Below, one piece after another: positions 51,166 through 60,113 of a stretch of DNA of 64,000 nt. A program made the translations under genes and the position numbers. The stretch spans positions 2,336,001 to 2,400,000 of the forward strand of contig OZ244042.1 of the NCBI GenBank assembly GCA_965215015.1. The letters run 5' to 3'. The stretch is from Candidatus Poribacteria bacterium (GTDB taxonomy: Bacteria > Poribacteria > WGA-4E > PCPOR2b). The notes beneath the pieces are model-generated. The model did not search any database and was not told the origin of the DNA. It saw only the letters and a list, made by a program, of their open reading frames with translations. Each line of letters opens with the position of its first letter. Position 1 is the first letter of the stretch.

Positions 51166-51885
51166 CTACGCTTCTTTCACGATTTTTGTGACTTTTCCGA
51201 TGATGGTCATTTCTTCGGTGACGATGATGTGGTTGTAGTTCGGGTTGGTCGGGGCAAGCAGCGCGTGTCCGTTGCGGAGGTAGAGCTTCTTGCACGTCAC
51301 TTCGCCTTCGACGTAGGCTATGACGGTCGTGCCGTTGTTCCAGTTGTTGCCGGGTTGAATCAGTAGGAGGTCGCCGTCTTCGATGCGCGGTGCCATCGAC
51401 ATGCCTCTGGCGCGGAGGAAGAATTCGCCCGGACCGAGGGTGTCTTTGTGCATGTATTCATACCCGACGACATCGCCGGGGTCCACCTGATCGAGGGTGC
51501 CGCACGGGATGTCGCCGAGAATGGGGACCGCAACGAAGTCGTCATCATCGACGGGGACAGCGTGTTCGAGGCGCATGGTCTCGCCTTGGGCTAAAGGGTC
51601 CTGTTTGCGGGGCGGTGTGGGTTGTCGGTCCGGGGGAATTTGACCGGGGGTCGAGTCTTCTCCGTAGAATAGATCACTAATAGTGAAATTTTGATGGCTC
51701 ACTTTGGTTAGGTATTTCGCGATTGCAAACAGTATTTGGGGATCAATCGCTTTGGCTTGATTGTTTACAATTTTGGAGATGTAGGATTGGGGCACGTTGG
51801 CAGCTTTTGCCATTTCGGTCTGTTTGGCTTTGATGCCTCGGTTTTTTAGAGCTGTGATTATTTCTTTGATGCGGTATTTTAACAA
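51166..51885 (-). CDS. CI/LexA-like repressor (XRE HTH + S24 peptidase)
   Basis: QTEMAKAANVPQSYISKIVN HTH; VPILGDIPCG cleavage-site region; ARGMSMAP Ser; VTCKK Lys; IIGKV. Confidence 0.9.
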   Translation of the reverse strand: MLKYRIKEIITALKNRGIKAKQTEMAKAANVPQSYISKIVNNQAKAIDPQILFAIAKYLTKVSHQNFTISDLFYGEDSTPGQIPPDRQPTPPRKQDPLAQGETMRLEHAVPVDDDDFVAVPILGDIPCGTLDQVDPGDVVGYEYMHKDTLGPGEFFLRARGMSMAPRIEDGDLLLIQPGNNWNNGTTVIAYVEGEVTCKKLYLRNGHALLAPTNPNYNHIIVTEEMTIIGKVTKIVKEA

Positions 51886-52111
51886 GATGTTTCACTCCTA
51901 TCTTGCTTCCGCCGTTATCACCATCGGATAATTTGCCGTGTTAGGTGAATTTTGTTGGCAGTCTGGTATCCATTGGCTATAATATACCCCTGATGGAAGT
52001 GTGTAGTAGGCTTTACGAAAAACAATAATAATGGTTTCACTAACTCTTATTATGACACACTTCCGCTGATTTTTCAAGGGGTATCTGGTAATGGGGGTTG
52101 ACGCTTAGATT

Positions 52112-52339
52112 ATGAAATTGACCATTGAGACGCTTATTAATGAGTCGGGGTTCCGTAGGAATTATATCTCGGAGCTATTGGGTGTCTCGGAGCAGGCATT
52201 GTCCTATAAGGTGAAAGGGCGACGCCGGTTTACGGAACTGGAGTTGAGGCAGCTGGCTATGGTGCTGGAGGTGCACCTGCGGATTGTGCGGCGGGCGGCG
52301 GGTGCCTCCCACTCGCGCTCTTCCCCGAACGACGAATGA
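52112..52339 (+). CDS. Cro-like HTH protein divergent from CI-like repressor
   Basis: YISELLGVSEQALSYKVKGRRRFTELELRQLAMVLEV. Confidence 0.8.
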   Translation: MKLTIETLINESGFRRNYISELLGVSEQALSYKVKGRRRFTELELRQLAMVLEVHLRIVRRAAGASHSRSSPNDE

Positions 52340-52349
52340 GGTTGGCAGT

Positions 52350-52654
52350 TGTCTGAATCAGGATTCTCAGGATTTGAGGATTTTCAGGAGAAGATCTATA
52401 ACCTTCAGGTTTACAACCAGAAGGTTAGAAGATCTTGGGGATTTAACTTTCAACGGTTTTTAACCGTCTGTTAGCGCGTCTGATAGGCTTTGCCTAACAG
52501 AGGGCTAACAGACGCAGGATCTAGGGGGTTCATTTGAACCCCCTAGATCCTTAGACGCGAACAAGTTAAAACCAGAAGGCTTGAAGATCTTGGAGGTATA
52601 AATCCTCAAAATCCTTTAATCCTGAGAATCCTGATTCAGACAAGATTGTTAGGC
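52350..52654. repeat. palindromic module block 6
   Basis: Copies of 51113-51160, 44188-44214, 44377-44421-like and 51052-51085 modules. Confidence 0.85.
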
Positions 52655-52671
52655 GGAAGGAAAAGGGGCTG

Positions 52672-52965
52672 ATGGAATTATCATATTTGAAGGCAATCGG
52701 GGTTGGGATTCCGAGCGGGTATACGATAGCCAATGGGGCAATGACCGCTGATAGCGAGCATGTCTACTTTGCAGCGGCGCATGGGAGCGCGCCGAAGTTG
52801 TTAATCTTCAACATGACGGGCAAGCGGATAGAGACAGCGGAATTCAGTATCCACGCCTTGCCGTCGAGTCGGTCGTTTGATGCCGTTGCGATTGATGCCG
52901 AAAATCTGTATCTGCTATCAAACAGCGAGGCGTTGGGGGTACTGGCAGACGTTTTCCCATATTCA
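52672..52965 (+). pseudogene. 5' fragment of a beta-propeller-like hypothetical protein
   Basis: Purine-rich SD; GAMTADSEHVYFA and DAVAIDAENLYLL repeats; sequence character changes at ~52965. Confidence 0.45.
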
Positions 52966-53425
52966 TTGTTGGAATCGAGTGCTATCACTTTATCGAAGTC
53001 CTCAATGGCTTTGTCATATTCACCTTTGCCGAGGGATTCTAGCGCACTTCTTTCAATCTCCTTTTCATCGGGGCGTTGCTGCATATCTACAAACATCAGA
53101 ACTGGGAGTACGACACAACAGAGGAATATGATAAAAAGGAATAGGCAATAACCTGATAAGGTTACAATCCTCTTGGTATCTCGAAGTTCTGCAAGTGCCC
53201 CAAAATAGAGACGGTAAATAAAGAATAATAAACAGAAACTGAGGGAAGAAATAATTACCAAAAAAACAACCCACCAAATAAACCCTTCTATAGAATTTAG
53301 AAGGCTAAGCATACCACGAAAATCGAAAGACGGTAATTTGGATAAAAGGAGGAAGAAATATATCCCGAAACCGATGAGTCGGAGCCTGTTGTGCCTAAGT
53401 CTTTTTGAAATAGGTAATTTCTCAT
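52950..53425 (-). pseudogene. membrane protein with one TPR motif, 3'-truncated
   Basis: Three TM segments then KGEYDKAIEDFDKVIALDSNN; downstream runs into the antisense of the 52672 fragment. Confidence 0.5.
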
Positions 53426-53779
53426 CTCTTTGGGCTATCTTCTTGTGTCCTTTTACCCCCAATTTGCACTCGCACCTGAAAATCCTTTAATCCTGAGAAT
53501 CCTGATATTGTTTCAAGATGCCAGTGGACGACTTGTGCGACACGACTCACGTTGAATATCCATATCAGGGATATTATCACACACCCAGACCAGACTAAGT
53601 AATGTAAAGTCTCGGCGTTTTGAAATTCCACCCCCAAAAACTTCTTAACCTCGCCATATAAGACCAATAAGCCAATAACAAGAGGGGGTAGCATCAGGCG
53701 GCTGGTTGCATAGACCTCCGAAATAGATTGGCGCACCGCATTTCCCACCTCTTTGTATAGTTCTAACGACAATTTATTT
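53422..53779 (-). pseudogene. membrane hypothetical protein, 5' end cut by IS1595 derivative
   Basis: Two TM segments; apparent start lies within the element end; contains in-frame repeat module at 53476-53506. Confidence 0.4.
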
Positions 53780-54239
53780 CGCACTTAACAGATAAAGGCT
53801 TGATTTTTGCCGTATTTTTGAGATAATCATATCGTCTAAACCCGCATGAATAGAGGTCTGCGTATTCCCAATTTCCTGTCAAAATAATCTTGAATGTGCT
53901 TTTGGGTGGGTGGTTTGAGATGATTATACGGATTTCCGTCAGGTTTCGTCCGTAAATGAGGTCTGACGAGTGTGCCATTTTTACGCGAGTCAGACTTAAG
54001 GCGTTGTATGCGTGGCATAAAGGCTCACCTCCTTTTGCCATGTAGATGGTGAGTCAGAAATTTCGCCATGCACAGCGAAACTGTGTTGTGCAACAGGTTA
54101 GACATCAAATGGCTCCTATAGGTAAGGCGACTGAGAATCGACATCAATTATTCACAACGATTGGCAAGTTCACTCATAGAATATCAAAAAAAACAATAGC
54201 AAAAACAATAGATTGTTAAGTCTAAAACTATTAAATGCG
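53780..54239 (+). mobile_element. non-autonomous IS1595 deletion derivative (inverted relative to 49042-50451)
   Basis: ~380 bp near-identical inverted copy of 49042-49423 joined to inverted copy of 50362-50451; transposase absent. Confidence 0.88.
53836..54018 (-). CDS. second copy of small basic passenger protein
   Basis: MPRIQRLKSDSRKNGTLVRPHLRTKPDGNPYNHLK; SD AAGGAGGTGA. Confidence 0.68.
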   Translation of the reverse strand: MPRIQRLKSDSRKNGTLVRPHLRTKPDGNPYNHLKPPTQKHIQDYFDRKLGIRRPLFMRV

Positions 54240-54721
54240 TTTTAGAAAACCGTCAGTTAGTCCTAATATACAAGAGGAGTATTTTCTGTGATCGATTAGC
54301 CGTTGCTTTTCCACCTCGGTCAGAAGTCTAGCTGTCAGATATGCAGCACCACCCGTTAGATTTGCAATCCCCAGTTTTATCTCTCATAGGGGAATTGCAT
54401 CTGTTATAGGAATTAGGCAGTTGAGCAATCAGGGGGACAATCTGTGTCGGAAATAGGAGATGATTTTCGCAATCGAAGTGCGTAAGTCCTACACAATATC
54501 TACATGCAATTACCTTTTTATCTCTAATAGCCCTGAACTGATCGATAGAGATTGTTGTTGACGGAAAAATAAGGACAGAGTAAAATGACTTATTATATAG
54601 AGACAATAGTGGGCAATTAGGTTTAATAATTGTCAAAAGATACCCGCTAGCCCCAGTGGTATAGGAACTTAGAAGATCCACGGGGAGATTCGAGAGAGAA
54701 ACGGTAGAGTTGGAGCAGCAG

Positions 54722-55891
54722 ATGATAACGAAATTTGACTACTTCTACGGAGGGCATGTGGAAATGGATAACATGGGTTTCCAGGGCCTCCGTGTTGACG
54801 ATAGGATAGAGACGGACGAGCATCTAGCCTCTGTATTCGATGAAGCACGGGCGATTGCTCAGTTAATGGACAAATTGAATTTTGATACCCTGTGGCTCGC
54901 CGAGCACCACTTTCAACGCGAAGGATACGGCGGCATCCCAAATATACCGATGCTTAGCCTCTATCTCGCAGAGAATACCGAGCAGCTCAAGTTCGGAGGC
55001 TTTTTTAATACCATTCCCGCATGGCACCCGATCCGATTGGCTGAAGACTTTGCCATGGTGGACATCCTTACAAAGGGACGTGTCAGATTCGGCATCGGTA
55101 GGGGTTACATCCCACGGGAGGTAGAAACGCTGGGATCGCCGCTTGAGGATGACGCCGCAAACCGTGAGTTATTCGAGGAGCAGGTCGAGATTATTTTCAA
55201 GGCGTGGAATGAGCAGGCTTTCTCCCATCGCGGGATACACTACGACCTACCAGCGAGAGTTTTCAACCGGGGACAGGAGTTGGAGGAGATAACGCTTGTG
55301 CCGCGTCCCTTCAACCTGCCTGTGGAATGCTGGCAACCCATCTTCAGTGCGAGCCCGCGAGGTATAGACTTTATGGTCAAACACGGTATCAAGGGTGTCG
55401 TCCCCGGAGGCCCCCGAGTTAATGAGATTGCTGCGAGGTGGAGAGAAACGCACTTACGCGCCGGACGCGACACTGAACTCGGTGAGGACTTGGCTCTGGT
55501 GTTACAAGTACATATCGCTGATACCGAAGAGAAAGCGATTCAAGAGGCATCCGTCTGGTTTGAAGAACAACTCAAAGTGCTAGCACCGTTGGGAAGGATG
55601 CCCACGCTCACCCAAGAACAGATTCAAGCGACGTTCGATCCAGAAAAAGCACCACTGGCTGGGTTGCCAACCGTTCACGATTTGGTTAATGGTGGTGGCT
55701 GGATATGTGGACCACCGGCGCACGTTTTTGAAAAGATTTCAGCGATCCAGGAAAGATTGCCCGGACTGGAGCGTGTGACAATAGGAGCAGGTGCTTTGGC
55801 AATCCCGCCTAGCGCAATCCGACGAGATATCGAGCGGTTCGGCAGGGAAGTCTTGCCAAAATTTCCGGAAGCGATTGCCACTTGTTCTTGA
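54722..55891 (+). CDS. LLM class flavin-dependent oxidoreductase
   Basis: WLAEHHF, WHPIRLAEDFAMVDILTKGRVRFGIGRGY, FGREVLPKF. Confidence 0.9.
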   Translation: MITKFDYFYGGHVEMDNMGFQGLRVDDRIETDEHLASVFDEARAIAQLMDKLNFDTLWLAEHHFQREGYGGIPNIPMLSLYLAENTEQLKFGGFFNTIPAWHPIRLAEDFAMVDILTKGRVRFGIGRGYIPREVETLGSPLEDDAANRELFEEQVEIIFKAWNEQAFSHRGIHYDLPARVFNRGQELEEITLVPRPFNLPVECWQPIFSASPRGIDFMVKHGIKGVVPGGPRVNEIAARWRETHLRAGRDTELGEDLALVLQVHIADTEEKAIQEASVWFEEQLKVLAPLGRMPTLTQEQIQATFDPEKAPLAGLPTVHDLVNGGGWICGPPAHVFEKISAIQERLPGLERVTIGAGALAIPPSAIRRDIERFGREVLPKFPEAIATCS

Positions 55892-56043
55892 ACCGACATC
55901 GTACTCAGCGCGGAACCTCTCCCCGGTGATACTTAAAAGTAGTAGGCATACTCTCCGTATGTCGTAGCTATTGTGCATACTACGGCACGATGGAGGGGAC
56001 TTACTACTGTTGAGGCCGCAACCATTAGAAACAGGAAATCTAG

Positions 56044-56853
56044 ATGATAAATCAATATAAAGTTAATCATACAAAGGCCGCACTTCTCAGGGGTGAAATT
56101 ATCACCGTTCCAGAGATTAATCGGGTATCCAACCCAATCGTTGTGGAGGTACTGGCTCTGGCGGGATATACCTGCGTGTGGATAGATATGGAACATAGCC
56201 ATCTTAATTTAGATGGACTCTCCAATATGATTTTGGCTGCACGAACTGTCGATCTTGATGTCATTGTTCGTATTCCCCACGGCCCCTACAACCAGGTCAT
56301 GAAAACGTTGGAACTGGGCGCCGATGGTCTGATTTGGCCCCACTGCAAAAGTGCTGATGAGGCGCGTCAATTTGTCCGTATGGCAAAATTTCGACCCCTC
56401 GGGCTGCGCGGTATGGGTGGGGGTAGGGACTCTCTATTCGGCCGGATGGAACGCAAAGATTTCTTGGATCAAGCCAACGAAAACACACTACTTGGCGTGA
56501 TGATCGAAGACAAGGAAGGGGTGGACGATGTTGAAGCCATCGCCGCAGTTGAGGGGATTGATCTGTTGTTTGTAGGGCCCGGAGATCTCGCGCACAGCTA
56601 CGGCATGGAACGCGAAGTGGGACACCCGATTACTCAAAAGGTTGTTCTTGAAGCCTTCGACAGAGTAGGTAAGGCTTGTCGCACTCATGGGATTGCAATG
56701 GGCACGGCGGTCGATCCGGGCGAATCGATGCGCGTTGTCGTCGAGAAAGGTACTCGCTGGCTTAACTGTTGTCACGATGTCACTGCCCTTATCAACGGCT
56801 ATAGCCATGCCCGAAATGCTACCAATGAAATAGCGGAGGCATTAAAAAAATAA
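56044..56853 (+). CDS. HpcH/HpaI aldolase family protein
   Basis: WIDMEHS, KFRPLGLRG, VMIEDKEGV, LFVGPGDL. Confidence 0.9.
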   Translation: MINQYKVNHTKAALLRGEIITVPEINRVSNPIVVEVLALAGYTCVWIDMEHSHLNLDGLSNMILAARTVDLDVIVRIPHGPYNQVMKTLELGADGLIWPHCKSADEARQFVRMAKFRPLGLRGMGGGRDSLFGRMERKDFLDQANENTLLGVMIEDKEGVDDVEAIAAVEGIDLLFVGPGDLAHSYGMEREVGHPITQKVVLEAFDRVGKACRTHGIAMGTAVDPGESMRVVVEKGTRWLNCCHDVTALINGYSHARNATNEIAEALKK

Positions 56854-56950
56854 AGATTCATATTAAAAAAAATGAAACGTGAAAGCTATTTGCTCATTAG
56901 TTCATTGGTGCAGTCGGACTAGGAAGCCTGACCTACGGGAATGATATAAA

Positions 56951-57138
56951 TAGGACTTACGCAGTTGAAGGTTCAACGCCTCCGTTGAGAGCGTCTTTGA
57001 CCTGTTGTAGTTCGGCGATTCATCGCCGCACCTGACAACTCTCACTGTCTGATTCATCGGGCAACTCCAGTAGATGTACTATTAAGTATCCGTAGGGAAC
57101 AATGATTGTTGCTCTCTACTTGAAGTACGTAAGTCCTA
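56951..57138. mobile_element. MITE-like element with TAGGACTTACG terminal inverted repeats
   Basis: TAGGACTTACGCA...TACGTAAGTCCTA with internal GGCGATTCATCGCC palindrome; same family as 30785-31092. Confidence 0.7.
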
Positions 57139-57277
57139 AAAAAATAAGTGTGTGAAACGTGATGTGTGAAAACCATTAGTTGATTAGCAAGTACGGGCGG
57201 ATTGCCCCTACTTCGACGGTTTCTGTTGCACGGTTGCTTAATATCAGCCAAGATAAAGTGAGAGGAAGGTTATAAAA

Positions 57278-58393
57278 ATGAAGATTGAGAAGATTACGCC
57301 GTTTCTGGTAGATAGATTCCTGCTAGTTCGGGTCTACACCGATGAAGGGATTGTCGGCAACGGTGAAGCTGGCTTGTGGGCACATCAGAAAACAGTGTAT
57401 GAAGCCATACTCGAACTGAGCGAATACTATATGGGCAAAGACCCCGGTCGTATCGAGCATCACTATCAGGTGGTTTCGAGGGATTCTCACTTCATGGGAG
57501 CTGCTATCAGCGCGGCGATGAGTGCCATCGATGTTGCACTGTGGGACATCTTAGGGAAGTCGGTCAATCTGCCGGTATACCAATTGCTCGGCGGGAAGTG
57601 TCGGGACAAGGTCAAGGTATTTAACAATGTGTCAGGAGACACATTGGCTGAACGGGCGGAGAGCGCAATCCAAAACGTTGAGGCGGGGTACATCTCACTC
57701 CGAACAACCCCATTTTTCTCTGATTGGGAGAAGGGTACTTCAACCCAAACGATTACAGCGGCGGTGGAGATTGTCCGAACCATCCGTGAAGCAATCGGTA
57801 ATGATATCGATCTGGGGCTTGAGATTCATCGAAACCTGACACCGGATGAGGCAATCATTCTCGCCGGCGAGCTTGCACCTTTCCGAATCCTGTACTATGA
57901 GGACCCAATCGCGCCGCAGAGCATCGAAGCATTGGAGTACGTTGCACAGCACGTTCACATTCCGATAGCGACCGGTGAACGTTTCTATAACATTCAGCAG
58001 TTCAAAGAGCTCATTGATAAAAAAACGGTCAGCCTCATCCGACCCGATGTTTCACTGGCAGGCGGCATCACACACTGTAAAAAAATTGCGGCACTCGCCG
58101 AAGCCTCCTTTGTGGGTATTTTCCCACACTTGATGGGAAGTCCGGTCAACCTTGCTGCATTTGTTCAACTCGATGCGGCCATCCCCAACTTTGTTGTGCA
58201 TGAGACTCACACCGGTGCTGACGCATTTAATGAGATTGTCGATCATCCCCTTGAGCGAGATGGCGGGTATGTTATCGTACCGAATCGACCGGGTATTGGA
58301 TTGGAAATCAACGAAGCGAAACTAGAAAAGTTCCCCTATCAATCGAGACAGATTACCGGCAGCTTCCATGCCGATGGTTCTGTGGCTCACTGA
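57278..58393 (+). CDS. galactonate dehydratase-like enolase superfamily protein
   Basis: SAIDVALWDILGK, EIHR, YEDP, IATGER, GGITHCKKIA, DGSVAH C-terminus. Confidence 0.88.
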   Translation: MKIEKITPFLVDRFLLVRVYTDEGIVGNGEAGLWAHQKTVYEAILELSEYYMGKDPGRIEHHYQVVSRDSHFMGAAISAAMSAIDVALWDILGKSVNLPVYQLLGGKCRDKVKVFNNVSGDTLAERAESAIQNVEAGYISLRTTPFFSDWEKGTSTQTITAAVEIVRTIREAIGNDIDLGLEIHRNLTPDEAIILAGELAPFRILYYEDPIAPQSIEALEYVAQHVHIPIATGERFYNIQQFKELIDKKTVSLIRPDVSLAGGITHCKKIAALAEASFVGIFPHLMGSPVNLAAFVQLDAAIPNFVVHETHTGADAFNEIVDHPLERDGGYVIVPNRPGIGLEINEAKLEKFPYQSRQITGSFHADGSVAH

Positions 58394-58419
58394 GACGGCC
58401 TAGCATAGGGCTAGCAACA

Positions 58420-59048
58420 AAGAGGCTTCAGCCTGTATTCCTAGATCGATAAATCCTAATTGCTTTAACCCGAATTGTGTGCTTCCTTACGGCTTGATAA
58501 CAGAACATGTGCGTCAGGGGATGAATGATTTCATTGATTTCTTGGGTTTCATCAATCAACAACTTCATACAAGAGAGATACCCCGTCTTGAAAATTTTCT
58601 CATGACAGCGAATTTCAGCAGTATCGTTGGTAAGTTTGCGAACATCAGTATCCCAAAGTGCTGCTCCAGTTTAGTGAAGAATCAGTAGCACAACGGACAT
58701 CCGGATTTAGTTCCATCTGGAATGTTTCCCAACAATGCAATTCAACATTCGAGCGAAAGCATTGAAATCAAAGCATCCCGTCATGCGAGCGGCTGGCAGG
58801 GCCATAACCCAGAGGCAATCTGGCTTATGGCCTTTCACTTTGACAGCAATACTGTCAGGGACGGGCAAAAGGATATTGATCCAAAATCATTTCGGTTCAA
58901 AGGGGTGTACGCTGCTAGACTAGAAAAAGAGGATTGGAATTTTTCAGGTAGATCGGCGGTGAGCCGACGGACAATTACTGCAAGCGTAAACCGAAACGGT
59001 ACACAGAAAATGAGGGCGAACTGGGTATACGAGGACTTAGATGAATGA
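58420..59048 (+). pseudogene. putative type II restriction endonuclease pseudogene
   Basis: Continuous frame with one in-frame TAG at 58686 (KNQ*HNGHPDLV...IEIKAS, PD...ExK motif); no clear start; convergent with MTase. Confidence 0.65.
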
Positions 59049-59978
59049 CAGGCTTAATTGGGCTTCTCTTGTTGGTAATTGGGTTAATTTGGGGATTGCT
59101 TGCTGGCTCATCATATAATATTCTTCGTAACGTTCAAGACCAATACAAGAATAACCAATCGCTTCGGCAGCCGCAACTGTGGAACCTGATCCCATAAATG
59201 GATCTACGATAATACCTTCACCAAGCGGCAGGGAGGCATAAACAATTTGACGGAGGAAAGACTGCGGCTTCAGACTCGGATGATTGGCAATTTTCCGTTC
59301 GTTTTGTGGAGTGCGTTCACTTGCGATAACATCTTCAGGGGGATTCCCATTTGGTTTACGACGCAGCCCGCCCGTTTGGAATACTTTCAGACAATCGCTG
59401 ACTTTCATGCTGTTGGGAATGGGTTTGCGAAAAATCCCCCACGGTTCATAGCAGCCTCTCGGCAGCGTACAAACGTCAGGAAATTCTTTCTCCGCGTTCT
59501 TTGGTCTATCACCGCCCCGTAATGTTTTAACTAACCGGACAATCTGACCGCGAAATTCAAAGCCAGTGTTGATGATTGATGTGAAGACAATTTGAGCGAG
59601 GAAAGCATTTGAAGCCAGAAAGACATGTCCTCCGGGGCGTAATATTCTTAAAGCGAGTTTAGCCCATTGGCAAAAGTAGTGCTGCATACGACTGCGTTCC
59701 GCGTAGTTCAAGACAGTAAATCGGGGCAAGGGCGAACGTTGATGTCCATCAAAAGCGGGCGGAATACGCCAAATACCGCCATTCCCATTCGTCCGTTTTT
59801 CAAGTTGATCGAAATCATATTCTTTTACCCCATACGGCGGATCTGTTACGATAGCATGTAAACTTACTTCCGGGAGATGTTCCATCCACTTAAAGCAGTC
59901 TGCATGAATAATCACGGACTCCTTGAAGAAATGGTGCCCATATTCAAAGACATATCCGGATAGATCTTTAGCACTCAT
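59037..59978 (-). CDS. N4/N6 DNA methyltransferase (beta class)
   Basis: VTDPPYG before HPSLKP and VDPFMGSGST. Confidence 0.92.
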   Translation of the reverse strand: MSAKDLSGYVFEYGHHFFKESVIIHADCFKWMEHLPEVSLHAIVTDPPYGVKEYDFDQLEKRTNGNGGIWRIPPAFDGHQRSPLPRFTVLNYAERSRMQHYFCQWAKLALRILRPGGHVFLASNAFLAQIVFTSIINTGFEFRGQIVRLVKTLRGGDRPKNAEKEFPDVCTLPRGCYEPWGIFRKPIPNSMKVSDCLKVFQTGGLRRKPNGNPPEDVIASERTPQNERKIANHPSLKPQSFLRQIVYASLPLGEGIIVDPFMGSGSTVAAAEAIGYSCIGLERYEEYYMMSQQAIPKLTQLPTREAQLSLSFI

Positions 59979-60113
59979 AGTGCACCTCTGAATTATTTTA
60001 GACTTCTGTAGCGTTCGTTTCTTTTTGATTGTAATTTTCTGTTGGCTAATTTGGATAATATGGTAACGTGTGAATCTATGTTTGTCAAAGTATTTACATC
60101 ATGAAGGAGAACT

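Noticed and set aside
44128-52654. CRISPR array
   Set aside because: Repeats are irregularly spaced, nested and in mixed orientation, with no constant-length spacers and no cas genes
45313-52654. Classical integron: GTTAGGC and GCCTAAC match attC R'/R'' consensus
   Set aside because: In the hairpins GTTAG precedes CTAAC (opposite to attC order), I saw no L boxes, and the recombinase is Cre-like (SKTDQ, GRW) without the IntI-specific insertion
44105-54240. Intact prophage
   Set aside because: Integrase and CI/Cro are present but no replication, terminase, capsid, tail or lysis genes; no tRNA att site seen
54328-54681. 117-aa ORF
   Set aside because: No SD, no recognisable motif, AT-rich region containing a dispersed repeat
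58686-58688. Programmed amber readthrough in the endonuclease
   Set aside because: TAG is used as a normal stop by many genes here and the ORF also lacks a start; pseudogenisation is simpler
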